Source: Botryllus schlosseri
Taxonomy: Eukaryota
Assembly: GCA_051294905.1 (NCBI GenBank)
Contig: CM119371.1
Coordinates: 34,040,001 to 34,104,000 of the forward strand
DNA length: 64,000 nt
Direction of reading: 5' to 3'
Shown here: positions 1-13,085 of the stretch, one piece after another
Numbering within the stretch: the stretch's first letter is position 1
How the letters are laid out: the number at the start of each line of letters is the position of its first letter
The notes under the pieces: generated by a model
Told to the model about the DNA's origin: nothing
Seen by the model: the letters and a program-made list of their open reading frames with translations, nothing else
The model's database searches: none
Program-made: the position numbers and the translations under genes

Positions 1-54
1 TCTCCTTACCAAACAGATTAGTTAGTGGTCGTTAAGTCATTATTTCATTGGCAG

Positions 55-189
55 GATTACATCGCGCGACCGAACCCGTTGTCTGTCATAACGGATGTCA
101 CCATGACTGTGCAGCATGCAGAGATACAGAAGGCATTGATCGAAGATAAGAAAAGAAGGCTTGCGTTGGGAGACGACGACCTCCTTCAG
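55..189 (+). CDS. Glycosyltransferase exon (stem region) DYIARPNP...DDDLLQ
   Basis: Acceptor ttggcag|GAT and donor CAG|gttggt. Phase 0 matches the next exon, but there is no conserved motif. Confidence 0.65.
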
Positions 190-3100
190 GTTGGTATGTG
201 CATATTTGTGAGTGTATTTAGGGTGGGTGATGAAGAAAAAGGTTATTGGCAGATGCAATCACTACGGGGATAGGCACGACATTATAGTAACACTTGGTTT
301 CCAGTATAATCAGTCGCCTGAGACACTGCTATACATCCGAATTAGATGCTGTGCAATAGTTGATGTGATATTCACCCCGGATGATTGTTAGAGATGGCAA
401 CTAATAAATGGAAAATAAACATATTTGGGATGTCTCTTTCTCAGTTTGTTACGAAATTCTTCCACGTCGTGGCGTATATTGACAATGACGATGTGAATTG
501 GAAGCGTGGCTCAATGTGTACACTGTACAGCAGTGGTCGGGAACCTTTTGTGTCCGAAGAGCCATATTGGCCCTATTTTTGCCATCTTAACTCCCAAAGA
601 GCCATACATGCCAATCAACTGTTTTGTCACAATTTAAAATTCCTGACGTCATATTAGCACTAATTCGAGCTCACTACATGCGATTCCCCGTGTGCGCCAT
701 TTTCTCTGTAAAAACTGGTATTTATTGTTCGAAAATAATGCTCAAAACGAGAGGTAAGGCACTGACGCGTCAAGCCTCACCATGGATAACGCAATTCATC
801 GTAAGTAGCTCAGAATTTATTACAACTGATGGCAATCGAATGTGACTGTCATACTGATTCCGAAAATCTATATATTCAAGATTTCCAGTCGGGTAAATAG
901 AATTCGCGAGTGATATCAGCTGCAGGCGTGACAATTACAGTAACTTAAATTTGATGATTTTGAAAAGAGGGGGTCATATCCCCTAAACCTAAAGATAACA
1001 TTCTCTTTACCTCTCAAAGACATCTTTATACTGCCACGAGAATAATTATTTTGGCCGTGGTGAAAATTTACCAACAAGTCGCTACAATATTGATCAATTC
1101 CGTACAAAAATAAATATTTGGTAAATAGTCATATCTTATACCAAAAGAGCCATATTTGGCTCGCGTGCCATAGGTTCCCCACCACTGCTGTACAGGATGA
1201 ACGAAATACTTCAAAAAAGTTTCGTTAAAAAGTATACATATCCGGTAACATGAATAATATGCTATCCGGTGGTTCTTAAACTTTTTTAGACACGTCCCCC
1301 TTTATGAAAGTGAACACCTCCTCTTTATCGTCATATTACAAAACGCAACTAGAATGCTAGCAATCCCAACGGATACTTATATGATATGGAAGGTTATAAC
1401 TGTTGATGAGTGAGTTCTCAAATATAAAATTAGAACAATACACAGAGCAAAAACAATGAAATTGAGGTAAATCGCACGGCACGCAAAAAAAAATTGTTAG
1501 TTGACGGCAGCTTCGAGCACCCTAGCAGACTTGGACAACTAGAAAATTGTCCACTTTTCCAAATTAGATTAGAATTAGAATTAGAGCTACACAGTTTTTT
1601 CCCGATTAGATCAGAATTAAAATTAGAATTACTGAATTCGCAAAAACTTGGAAATTGAATGAAATTGTGAATGAGAAATAAATACAGCAACAATGAAGTT
1701 CAGTTCATAACAAATTAACAGTGCATTCCCATAAACATGAGAACAGTTAATGTCTGTACACCAAGCTTGGCTAGTTTTGTACTACGTAAGGGATCAATAA
1801 CACGCGGGCCACATGCGGTCGGCGATCTGATTTGTGATTTTGGAACAAAAACGAGAAAGTAAAGAATTTCGAAATGCTGAAATTGATTTCAATTTCCAAT
1901 TATTGTAGTTGTTTTAAAATTAGCTGTTCATCTGGGCTCAGCAACACTATTCCTCACTAACTGAAACGGTTTCGGCGATGGCAGCAGCATTCCATCGATG
2001 GCTAGTCAGCTGATATGAGTAATGAGCAATTCTCATTGAGCATATTGCCTTGCCGTGTGATGGCTCAGGCACTGCCAGTACCGAGACGCTGCGAAAATGG
2101 CCTAGGGATTTCCCACATGATCAATCTTTAGGTTGAAATGGCATTTCAGCTAGTAGCATTAGTCGCTGATGAGCGTGGTCAGGTATCGTGCGCAGCTCAT
2201 ATAGTTAAAAATAAAATAAAGTTGATGATGATCATAATAACTCTTGTTGTGTTTGTACTTCTTTAATAATATTAGTTTTCTTTTGTGGTAACCATGCCCA
2301 TCGCCCATGTAAGTGAGCATGGCGTTGTACAAACTTGAAGTTTTGGAAACGTGATTGAAATAGATGTTTTTCGCAGACTGCAAAGCTACTATGCCAGCAT
2401 GGCTATTATTCGTCACAATATTTACTATGATTGCACGGTGTAAGTAATGCGATGGCGGCTTCGCACTGATTCCCCTGCTCAAGAGGGATATTCTTGTTAA
2501 CTCGCTGCAAAATACCACGGACAAAGAGGCGTTTTCAGGAAAACAATAAATTAGATTATAACTAACATTAGAGCACAAGAATATTTAACAAATTAGATTA
2601 GAATTAGAATTAGAGCATAGTAACATTTCTTAAATTAGATTAGAATTAGAATTAGAGCATAGAAACATTTCACAAATTAGATTAGAATTTGATTACTGGC
2701 ATTTCGCTCTAATTTAGTGAAATTAGACAACTAGAATTATCTAGTTGTCCAAGTCTGCACCCTAGTTTGAGAACCACTGTGCTCTAGTATTCACTCCTGT
2801 GATTACTATAGCAACTGTGTAGCTCGGAAGCTGGTTTATTGTCAATATATATTGACGAATGTGTGTGTGATATTTGCGTATTTTGCACACGAGATATTCG
2901 GTTTAGCAAATTGAAACTTGTTAAGAAATGCGCATTTACCTCAATTTTCAGATCCCGGAGGTCAAGCTGGAGATGAGTATGAACCCGAGTTCGATTACGA
3001 ACATCATCCATTTCATATGGTTCTCATGCCGGCAATATAAGGTTCACCATTTTATGAGGTAACACGCCAATGTCAGAGTACAAATAGTTGAGCAAAGTAA

Positions 3101-6100
3101 ATTATGTACCGACCGCTTGACAAAAAGCTAACAGTATGAGTATACAAGGTAATTCGTGTTAAGCGAATTTTCAAAAATATAGCGTGAGTGGTTGCCCGAC
3201 CTTTGATGATGAAGTTGTATAAGCGACACATTAGCACGTGATACGTACGCATGCCACTTCATAACTCGAATATCAACTAAAAAGCAACCCTAACTCTACC
3301 CTCGCCCTAGCCAACCTTAGCTCACTCAATCATAAACGTAGGGCCTACCCGACCCCGATCTTTAAATGCTGCTGACAAATCAGATGATCAACCCAAAACA
3401 TGGTTTCGGGCCGTTTTAAAGGAATTGTAGCACGTGATATGATGCCTGGAAAATGACACTTGTAATAATCTACCCGTTTCCCCTAATGTACTCAACTCAT
3501 CATTTTCCAAACGAGAGCCAGACACTCAACGTGGCTTTCAATTTCCTCGAATATTAACAAATGTAGCCTAAAACAGGTGGATCTATTTTTGATCATGTGA
3601 TACAATTGAAACATTACTCGTATATGTGATCAGATTTGACAGCTATTGATACTAGCTGTGTAATTACACATATTAGGGCGAAATGTCGGTAATCTAATTC
3701 TATTCTAATTCGTGAAATGTTTCCATAATCTAATTTTAATTCTAGTCTACTTTCTAGTTTTCCTGAAATGCTACGGGAGAACTGTATTCTAGTGTGAAAC
3801 TGGTCAAGTTCGGTACAGACTTTCCCATTCTCATGGGTATGAGTATGAACTCTGGTTTGATATGAACTGAACCTGAATTTGTTATATTTATTTATTGTTC
3901 GGAATTTAATTCAATTGCAAAGTGTTTGCGAATTCGCTAAATCAAATCATAACCTAATTGGGACAAAGCAGTGTAGCTGTAATTCAAACTCTAATCTAAG
4001 ATAAAAGAGATGAAATTTTTTTATAGTTTCCGACTCTGCTCCAAGTCTGCCAACAGCTCAAATTCAACTCATTCATTCGCGCATATGTTTTTATCCCAGC
4101 ATGAAAAGTGCGCTGCAGATACACTCCCCGCGAGTCATACTCTTGCACACCGATTGCGTCCCGGAAGGTCCCTTTTTCGAGGAATTCAAACAGACGGCTG
4201 GCTCGCGATTACGGGTTGTGAAACGAACGCCGCCCGTCTCTGTGTGGGGAAATAACGTAGAGGTGAGATGAGGTTACGTTATAGTGAGAATATAATGGAG
4301 AATAATGAGCAATAACATGAATGTGTTGCCTTTGACAATCGATACTATAATGCGCCCTATGATTCCATTTGTGGCTTACAGAAAGTTGAGCACCGATCTG
4401 ATGTGGCTCGATTGCAAGTATTACTGGAAGTGGGAGGAATATACATGGATGACGACGTGCTAATACTGAAACCGCTGTACCCCTTGATGAACAACTCGAT
4501 CGTACTTGGAGAAGAGACTTACGATGCTTTAGGTGGGCGTGGACGTATTTTTCATCTACATAGGCTTCAACCTGGGGCCAGTGGGAGAATTTCAGTCCGC
4601 AGAAATAATTTTGACGCCCACTATGAAGTGTTAAGTCAGAATGGAATCCCCGGTATAAGTATGCATGGTGTTTTGATAACATGGGTCATTTTACACCAAG
4701 CCGAAATCTTTTATGAATCATGAACTGGCTAATTTTAAGCACGGTCGTATTTCGTTCTATTCCTTTGTAAGACACCGCTTATGCGGTTCGGCTGGCGAGA
4801 GAGATCTTATCTCACATCTTTGCCGCGTCTATCGACGCGTATTCGACATAGAAGTATAGTGACGGTCAGTCCCCTATTTTTCCAAAGGCCGTCTATGCGT
4901 TTCCTTGCAATCTCTAGGACACGAACCACATTCTATATATAATGATGTTCACAAAATATTTTGACAGCAAACAGCATCGTATTGGCTAACCGAGACTCGT
5001 GGTTTCTAAATCGCTGGTATCAAGAATACAAGACCTTCAATGATTCCAAGTAAGTTTGCAAAGATCGTTATTCGTAGCTATTCATAGTCCAACTCAACCA
5101 ACTTCACATATTACTATGAAGTACAGTCGTAGATAAATCGGCGTTGCTACTCAAATGGACGGCGTTTATTTCTACTAAAATTGCAAGCAGAAGTAGCAGT
5201 TTCGAAGGCATGTCCAAATTTCACTTCAAGTGGAAGCGGAAAGTGAATGCTATGAATAGTACTCAAGTCAGTACTATCAAAAAGTAGCTTTGGTAGAGGG
5301 ATCGAATACAATTAGCAATTGCATTCGTTTTAGTTTTGATTTAGCAAACGTTCCTCAAGTAGAAGCAGGCCATAACATCAAAGGTATGAGGGACAATCAA
5401 GTACCTACTGCCACAAAGTAGGTTTTGTCGAGGGAACGTATACCTTCTCCAGCTAATTGCAAGATGTATCTTCGCGATTAGTGCAAGATGACTAATGGCA
5501 CAATGAAGTAGGTAGTATCTTTAATAATATATTCAAATTCAGTTTCCGTGATACAGCGGCTATTTCATACAGTTCTTCAATTTCACTCGTGGAGGTGATA
5601 TAAACTTATTCCATGACTACTTTCCAAGTCAAAATATTCGGGTTCATTTCAATATGAATATACAATTCAATGGTAAATTAAAGTTCTGTACCTCCAAGAA
5701 GCTATTCAACAACTTTCCACTCATCAAAATCCAAATTGTAAAAAGTAGAAGTAGGCTAATCTTAAAACATATCCACTACAGTGGGCTACGTAGGAAAAGT
5801 AGGCAACAGCTAAGTGAGTATAGTGCGATTACGGGTGCATGACAGCCACTGTATACAACCCGGAGAATGTGGTATAGTCGACTTCTAAATCGATTTAGGT
5901 GGTCAGTTCCAACCCCGGCTTGCTTGAAACAAAGACCCGATCGTAAAATGGTAACCACGGTTTCTCCGTCTGGCGCTTGACACTCTGTGATATCGTGGAG
6001 AAGATAGCCAGTGGTCCGTACTCGATAACAGGACGTTTTATAGTTTGAACCTCAATGTTTTGCGAAGTATATACGCCGACTCGTGATATACATACAAACG

Positions 6101-9100
6101 ATCTGTGCATATGCATAATGTGAGTACATGATTCGGATATGCTTCTGGACAAGAAACGTGCAAAAATTGCCTTGTAAGTAGGATTACCATATGTTCGCCT
6201 TTAGAAGGATTTGTCGCTCTTTTTCAGGAAATTGATAATGTCCTCCGATGACTTCTAAATGTCCCCCTTTTTAGCAATTCGTCCTCCTTTGTCGATTTTA
6301 TAGCTAGGCTAATGGACAGGGTCAACTGAAAATCTGCATAAATAACGTGAAATAGGCAATGCGGACGCGAGCGGGTCATTCGGAAGTCGAATCAGAGCGA
6401 TGATCAGCTTTTTATCCTAGTCAACACCACAAAAGTAACGTAAAGAGCGGATGATTCGGGAGCTGAATCAAAATGATGGTCTTTTTATTACTTAACACCA
6501 GAGAAGTTACGTAAAAAGTGGGTAATTCGAGGGCAATTCAAAGTGTTTACCTTTTTGTTGATCAACACAACATGATTTGCAATAAATATTTCAAAATCAG
6601 CTATTTCCCGTTTCCCAAAACTAACTTTTATGATTTGTAAAAAGTGCCCCCGTTTCCGGATTTCAAAATATCGTAACCCTACTTGAAAGGCTTTATAATC
6701 CTCCATGCTATCCCGGAATGCTGAGCGCCAAGCGAGAAGTCACGGATCCAATTTCGATTCAATCGCATATCCGTCGTTAGAGCACTTAAACATTAAACAT
6801 TCTCCCTTCCTACCTGATAGCTCGGAATTCGCCAGCGGCGAGAACTCTATCCGATTTTTGAGATTGCATCATTCGTACGCTAGGTGGAGCCACAGTTCGT
6901 GTTTCGTGCCTTGGTCGTTGTGGAAAATCTTCCCTGAAAGCATATACGTCGTGAAAGAGAGGATGTTGCGCCCGAACTGGGAAGAACTTTCGTACATCTA
7001 TCACGAGCTTTGGGATTGGACAAACAACTACGCGATGCACTTGTATTCAAGGTACGTGATTTCACGCAACGGTGACTCGTCCTATTAATAATTATCGTAA
7101 GATATCCTGTCATAATCAGAGCCATACATACAAACCTAGGAGTAGGCTATCTTGCTTCAGAAACGTAGATGTGTCTTATAATCTTGGGAGCAGTGAAAGG
7201 CTAAAATAGTGTCAGCCGCATCACAGATAACTACTTTTCTAGCTTTTCAATTTAGGACACTTCTGAACTCTGATACTTAGACTATAGAACAGGGGTGGGC
7301 AAACTTTTGAGCTCGCGGGCCGCATTCAACATCTGAATCCATTCACGGGCCGCACTGTATAAAATTGGGATTATAAACCAAAACGCAATATTGATATTTG
7401 ATTATATAGTGAGGATATGGAGATAATATATGTGCTTATTTAAAACAAGCCAAACATTGCTTTGACGCACACGCGTCAGAAACATATAGTGGCGATGAGA
7501 TTTCATAGGCTGGCGGACCTCAATAACCAATTTGTCACAACTATAGAGATGAAAGTCGGTTCGCCCCATTCTTAGAACAGGATTGAAATTGAAATCTGTG
7601 AGCAGCGATCTGTTCATAGATTTCCTAATTCCACTTTTGGTCCCGTTCCAGGACACACAATACGGACAGCATCATAACCATGTTAGCTTCAAACACGCTT
7701 CTACTGTGTGTAGAATGTAGATAAAAAATAAATACCCCCATTCTACGCATACATACAAGGAATCTACCTAAGACACGCCCGAATCGTATCTTATGAGAAC
7801 ATCACTGAAATAATTAAAAATGGAGTGGCCAATCTGAAATCCCACTGGTGATCCAAATTATGTCAATCTCGTTGCAGCTATCCCGCTGTGATATTAAGTA
7901 TTTACCTTAGATCAGCGGTTCTCAAACTTTAAGACACGCCCCCCCCCTTATGATGGTGAAATATTTCGCGCCCCTTTATCGTCATATCACAAAACGCAAC
8001 CGGGATGCTAGCCAACCTAACAGGTAGTTTGATGCCATGGAAGGTTACGTCTGTGGATAAGAGATTTAAAAATATGTAATTCAGACTAAATACAGAGCAA
8101 TAACAGTGAATTGGATGTAAATCGCGTCAAGCGCGAAAATTTTTTTCAGTTGAGCTCAGCTTCGCGCCCCCATTCAGATGCTTTCACGCCCCCACGGGGG
8201 GCGTGTCCACCAGTTTGAGAACCACTGTCTTAGAATTATCATACACTAAGGAAAACAATTTCACACATATTTTTGTGCGCATTTTATCAATATATTTAAA
8301 AAGTTTCTTGAGACTCTCGCGGGCCGCACAGGACGGTGTTGCGGGCCGCATGCGTTCCGCGGGCCGTAGTTTGCCCACCCTTGCTATAGAATGTAAACGT
8401 GGAATGGCAACGACCGATTTTGCAGCTTCGTTCCGCTTCGCTGAAACTTTACCAAGACTTATTTTACGGCAGCTACTGTAGGATTTCTGGCAATCCAGAA
8501 GTTGTCTTCCAGAGCTCATAATTTACTGAATCTGGTTTTGATCGAAAGCTACTGTCGCACTGATTCCGAAAATGTAAATGTAAATATGATCAGGCACTGA
8601 ACCGTTTGGAATTCGCCCTCCAAGTCTGAATTATCAGCATTGTCCGAACAATCGAAGAGCCGCAATGGGTCATTGTTATGGTCATTGTTTTGCGGTCAAC
8701 CGATTGTTCTGAACAATGCAGATTTTAGATGTTGGGGGTGATTTTTCATCTAAGTACGGAGCCTGACCATATTGTGATTGATATTTTCGAAATCAGTGCG
8801 ACAGTAGCTTTCGATCAAGACCGGATTCAGTAAATTCTGAGCTCTGGAAGACAGCTTTTGGATTGCCAGAAATTCTACAGTAGCTGCCGTAAAATAAGTC
8901 TGAGTAAAGCTTCAGCAAAGCGGAACGAAGCTGCAAAATCGGTCGTTGCCATTCCTCGTTTACATTCTATACTTAGACCTACTCCGTTGAAGGGCAAGCT
9001 TCATAAACAATGTCATTTACACAGGTTTATGTATGCGTTGGACGGTACCAGCGAACGTACATTGCGCGAACTCGCCATCCTCAACACAACGTACGGGGAG

Positions 9101-9160
9101 GTGTCGAGGTACATACTGTGGGGTGACCCAAAACCGCGTGACATCACCGATTGGATGTGA
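55..9160 (+). CDS. GT32-family (DXD, alpha-1,4-glycosyltransferase/OCH1-like) glycosyltransferase, 5'-partial. Exons 55-189, 2952-3058, 4100-4262, 4382-4532, 4968-5049, 6884-7051, 9025-9160
   Basis: Seven GT-AG exons join in frame (phases 0,2,0,1,2,2) to give 313 aa plus TGA. Motifs include TNIIHFIWF, HRSDVARLQVLLEVGGIYMDDDV, LANSIVLA..SWFLNRW and NYAMHLY. The N-terminal TM exon is presumably upstream of the window. Confidence 0.9.
531..1187 (+). mobile_element. hAT MITE family A (internally deleted copy)
   Basis: TIR CAGTGGTCGGGAACCT / AGGTTCCCCACCACTG; perfect 8-bp TSD CTGTACAG. Confidence 0.9.
1267..2779 (+). mobile_element. hAT MITE family B, interrupted by element C
   Basis: Ends CGGTGGTTCTTAAACT / AGTTTGAGAACCACTG; homologous to 7913-8227. 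Confidence 0.75.
1526..2757. mobile_element. Non-autonomous TIR element C with subterminal ATTAGA repeats
   Basis: TIR CAGACTTGGACAACTAG; perfect TSD CACCCTAG; a decayed relative lies at about 3680-4049. Confidence 0.88.
2952..3058 (+). CDS. Glycosyltransferase exon IPEVK...NIIHFIWF...HFM
   Basis: Acceptor ttttcag| and donor |gtaaca; GT32 N-terminal IIHxIW motif. Confidence 0.9.
4100..4262 (+). CDS. Glycosyltransferase exon SMKSALQIHSP...WGNNVE
   Basis: Acceptor tcccag| and donor |gtgaga; phases compatible. Confidence 0.9.
4382..4532 (+). CDS. Glycosyltransferase exon carrying the DXD motif (GGIYMDDDV)
   Basis: Acceptor ttacag| and donor |gtgggc; SDxxR...GGIYxDxD signature. Confidence 0.95.
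4968..5049 (+). CDS. Glycosyltransferase exon NSIVLANRDSWFLNRWYQEY
   Basis: Acceptor tgacag| and donor |gtaagt. Confidence 0.9.
6179..6681. mobile_element. hAT MITE (TAGGG-type ends)
   Basis: Ends TAGGATTAC / GTAACCCTA; TSD CTTGTAAG/CTTGAAAG. Confidence 0.7.
6884..7051 (+). CDS. Glycosyltransferase exon WSHSSCFVPW...YAMHLYS
   Basis: Acceptor cgctag| and donor |gtacgt. Confidence 0.9.
7290..8383 (+). mobile_element. hAT MITE family D carrying a nested family B copy (7913-8227)
   Basis: TIR CAGGGGTGGGCAAACT; perfect TSD CTATAGAA. Confidence 0.9.
8385..8971. mobile_element. Foldback-type MITE E with roughly 190-bp inverted arms
   Basis: Ends TATAGAATGTAAACG / CGTTTACATTCTATA; 7-bp direct repeat CTTAGAC at 7276-7282 and 8972-8978. 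Confidence 0.85.
9025..9160 (+). CDS. Glycosyltransferase terminal coding exon FMYALDG...DITDWM*
   Basis: Acceptor acacag|; TGA at 9158-9160. Confidence 0.85.
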
Positions 9161-9954
9161 ATAAGCGTCATCTAAAGGAACGGCAGAACACAAAGCGAAG
9201 ATTTCTGGTAACAGCGATGACGCCGATGACACTGTGACGTAATAGGCAATTAAACAACTTACGGTGCGAAGTCAAACGCTACACTCACGCTAATAATATT
9301 ATTTACTCAACACTTATCATTATCAGGCCTTGGGTTAAAGTTTCATAGAAAGTTTGCTAACCCAAACTGCCAGTACCATACGACCGCGAAAAACTCACTC
9401 GATATATCCAAAAGTGCTCTGAATCAACTTGTACTTATCCAAAATATTTCTGCGTTCACTTAAAGCATGGGAAACGGAACTTGAAGGGACCAATTTAAGG
9501 TAGTAAAATGTTTCGTCAAGGTTCAGGCAAACCCAGTCGTTATATTGACCATCTTGTCAGTTGTATATCATCCCCGGATTTTCGTCGCGCTTACAATGAT
9601 AGCTTGGAAACTGATTTGTTAAATTTGCTGGCTATAACAAAGATATGCCACCTAAATGAATCGGAAGGTGGTTGTCAGTCTTCAAATTCATATTAAGGTA
9701 TAAGAACTATTCAATGCGGTGAATGTATCCATTTATGCTACGGAATTGCTATACGTAATCTGCTAAGACGGCCAATCGGCCATACATGGTCCGCTTCGCC
9801 AAGCTATAATGGCAATTTCTCTCTTGAAACTGATGCCATACTACATGTATGCTACTTTCTACTTGACAAATGTTAAAAAGTAAAATTATTAGTAGATTGA
9901 ATTTGAAAACTGTTGAAGCAGAAGTGGAAGTTGTTTGAAACGTAACGGCTAGAT

Positions 9955-10343
9955 CAGTGGTTTCCAATGTGGGCGGTATCGCCCCCAGTGGGCGATTTTG
10001 AGAAAAAAGGGGGAATAGCAAAGGGGGCGATGGAGGGAGAGAATGTTAGGACGTCCACTGAGTTAAATTTAATTAACATGGCCAAAAATTCACGTGAAGG
10101 TGGCTTGATATGATTCTAATGCGACAAAAGGCCAACCAAACGGAAAGTAGACGCGATAACTGGTTTTCCGAGCACCTACCACCCCGGAAAAAGGCCTTTT
10201 TGTCGAAAATTCACCAGCGATCAGAATTAAGTGAATAACTTTCCCGTCTATATGTCCTCTTTTTCGGATCCGTTAATGTGGGGAGCGAAAATTTGTTTCA
10301 AGATTGATAGGGGGCGATGAGTCGAAAAAGGTTAGGAACATTA
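9955..10343 (+). mobile_element. hAT MITE family F, decayed
   Basis: Starts CAGTGGTTTCCAA with CGCCCC subterminal motifs; inverted homolog at 10800-11150. Confidence 0.7.
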
Positions 10344-10799
10344 AACAATTCTGTCAATCCTTTTCTAATGATGATTTTTCAATCCGCCGAAATTTTGTGA
10401 CATGTGTCTATATGAAATGTATATTCATGTGGTTTCTTTTTTACTCGTCTTCATTAATGGAAATTCGCAGTGTAAATTCAGATTGGAATTCATATAATGC
10501 ATACTTTATGACAAGACAACATATCTGAACACGTTTTATAACCCAAATTTTTGGAAGTTCTTGTCCAACATTCCCCGCTTGACTACGATCTGATTTTTAC
10601 CGTTCTGTCAATGTATTTTGGGCGTTGTTTTATGCGTGTGCTTTTGCAAAAAAAACACCAAAACAGAATGAAAAAATGTCATTGTCCGTCACTAATGAAG
10701 TCGTGGCACGCGTCTTGCACTACCTTAATAGTAATCATGGATATACGCTCACTTTTGATGATGTTTAAAATTTCGTATCTGCCATGCCACCCTCTAAAC

Positions 10800-11150
10800 C
10801 AGTGGTTCCCAACCTTTTTCGACCCATCGCCCCCTTTTCAAGCTCAACACCGATCATCGCCCCCAAAATTTTGTGTACCGAAAAATGGGCATACAAACTG
10901 TAATCACCGGCGGGTTGACTAAAAAAAAGGTCAACTTTTCGGCATGATGTCAAATTCTGTAAACAAATTTCCGTGGGTTTACTAAAAGAAAAAGAAAAAA
11001 GGTCAGCCGTTTTGACGCGTCATCGCCCCTTTCGCTATTTTCGCCCCCTGTCGCCTCCTTTGTCCATTTTCGCCCCCTATCGTCATTTTCGCCCCGCTAG
11101 ACCGCCAAATCGCCCCCTGGGGGCGATATCGCCCACGTTGGGAACCACTG
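10800..11150 (-). mobile_element. hAT MITE family F
   Basis: TIR CAGTGGTTCCCAAC / GTTGGGAACCACTG; imperfect TSD CTCTAAAC/ATCTGAAC. Confidence 0.85.
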
Positions 11151-11164
11151 ATCTGAACACAGAT

Positions 11165-11579
11165 TATTATTATTATTATTATTATTGGATACGACAGTGG
11201 TGCTTTTAGCCAGGTTAAGGCCTTGTGCTCCACGACATTGCAATTACACGGACAGTACACAATGAATTTCATTTTTTCGGGTCTCTGACGTTCTTCCACT
11301 CTCGCTTTATCGGCGTATCTTTGCTTCACTTTTTCATTCTTCTTGCACTCTCACAGTCTCTTTCACGCACACTTCATCAGTTTATAATCGTCTCTGTTGC
11401 TACCGAATTATAGCTCGGCTCACTGTAGCTGGGCTTTTAATGTCACTGACTAGCAGTGAGGTCGGCGATGAGGAGCCCATAGAACCTCCGACACATAGTA
11501 ATTAGTCCGAACCGGGATTCGAACCACCACCATTGGTGTCGTGACGCAGGCGCTTAACCCACTGCGCCACTCGTTTCCC
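11165..11579 (-). mobile_element. tRNA-derived SINE, full length
   Basis: On the minus strand: A box (GAGTGGCGCAGTGG), B box (GGTTCGAATCCC), (AAT)n tail. Perfect 14-bp TSD ATCTGAACACAGAT. Confidence 0.9.
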
Positions 11580-12673
11580 ATCTGAACACAGATCGTGTAG
11601 TGTGCCGATTTTCACCCATCCGTAGGGTTAACTGAAGTCATCAGCACTTTCCGATACAAAATGTAGCTTTCACACCCGTTGAAGTTGGTGTAAACGAGCC
11701 GAATGTACGGCTTTACAGTACACATATGAATATATATGTCATGGATGAAGTGGAGCATGTGATGGTTTTGCAATATGTGCACGAACATGTGGAAAATGTA
11801 AACTGCAACTACTAAACTCCTAGTATATATCTCGATACGGAATGGTGCATTCGGCTCATTTATACCACCCGTGATTCATTTATAATGGAATAAGCCGGTG
11901 CATACTATTCCACCATCGATTAACTCCCAACGTCAATCTATAACTACCCCAGTGTTACACTTCTTCTAGCGGAGTCGAGAATTTGAAATCTACAATTCCG
12001 TGGTAATTCAACGACGCTGTGATTCTAGGGCGCTATATAATCACTCCCCGTCACGCGAAGTGCGCGGCACATCTTATCATTACATTTCTCCTCAATGTAA
12101 GCCGTTTTGTGTTTTGATTGCTTAAAATATCGCTTCATTTTGTAATTGTTCTTCAAAATAAACCTTGTGATTTTCTACTACGATTACATCTTGATTTTGT
12201 GGCAATTCGGTGGGATTCGTGAGCGTCGAAAAAAGCTGCGAATGGGCTAGTGTCGCAGATAGGCAGCGAGAATGTCTATTTAGAATCAATTTTCAACTGC
12301 TAATTGCTTTCTACGGTCTCATCTATCTATTTTGCCGCGTTCCCGAGCATGATTGCAACGATTGCCTGTATAGTTCGATAACAATAGGGACATTGTGAAT
12401 ACTTCTTCCAGGGCAGTTCTGAAACGTTTGGGATCGCGGACCCTTCGGGTTTGGTGCAAGGTTGCGAATACCCCCAAAATTTTCGAACTGATGCCGAAAG
12501 TAAAAGAAACAGGTCATCACATAAAGCTCAACTCTATTTATATTAATCCGTGCCTAAAGGAAGCTAAAAATAGAGAGGAAATTCACAGTCTGCGCCATTG
12601 CCGCCTACGGGGTCCTTGAACCCCAGTTTAGGAACCTTGGCTCTATGGTGTATTCGCCACCAATTATAACAAG

Positions 12674-13085
12674 TAGGGCTGGGCACAATGATTCGGGTAC
12701 TCGAATCTGAATCGAGTATTAACTTCAATGATTCGAGGCGAGTAGTAAAATACGATTTGTTTAGAACTGAAATTATACGCTCCTCTCAACTGAAAGCTAG
12801 TTTACTAACGAGAAGTATAGTGTGGATAATATTTTCCACTAGGGAAGCCTAGAAATCATGATTGGTCGTGCCGCAGCATACGAGACATAGTACAAAGCTA
12901 CGAACGTTACTGGAAATAACACATTTCCGAAGGCGTTATGTTCTTTGTGGTGGCATATTTTAACTTTGACATAGTACATTCTGTTGTGGCGTCATAATGA
13001 GTGAACTCGAATACTCAACTCGACTCGAAGAGTAATACTTGATTCAGAATCGAATCACTCAGGTACTGGACGTTACCCAGCCCTA
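12674..13085. mobile_element. hAT MITE
   Basis: Ends TAGGGCTGGG / CCCAGCCCTA; TSD ATAACAAG; subterminal CTCGA motifs. Confidence 0.88.

Noticed and set aside
385..845. ORFs repeated at 17729-17965 and 20586-20807 suggesting a gene family
   Set aside because: They are translations of MITE family A ends.
5090..5770. AGTAG-rich decayed repeat (also near 21110-21240 and 34340-34530)
   Set aside because: It is probably an old MITE, but no termini or TSD could be defined.
8184..9000. Paired ORFs sharing DCQK..SSCRKISL on opposite strands
   Set aside because: This is an artefact of the foldback palindrome.
11505..11579. Functional tRNA gene
   Set aside because: The acceptor and anticodon stems are poor, and it is embedded in a SINE with tail and TSD.
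11687..11866. Short inverted repeat GGTGTAAACGAGCCGAATG / CATTCGGCTCATTTATACC
   Set aside because: It is probably a decayed MITE; with no clear TSD it was not called.
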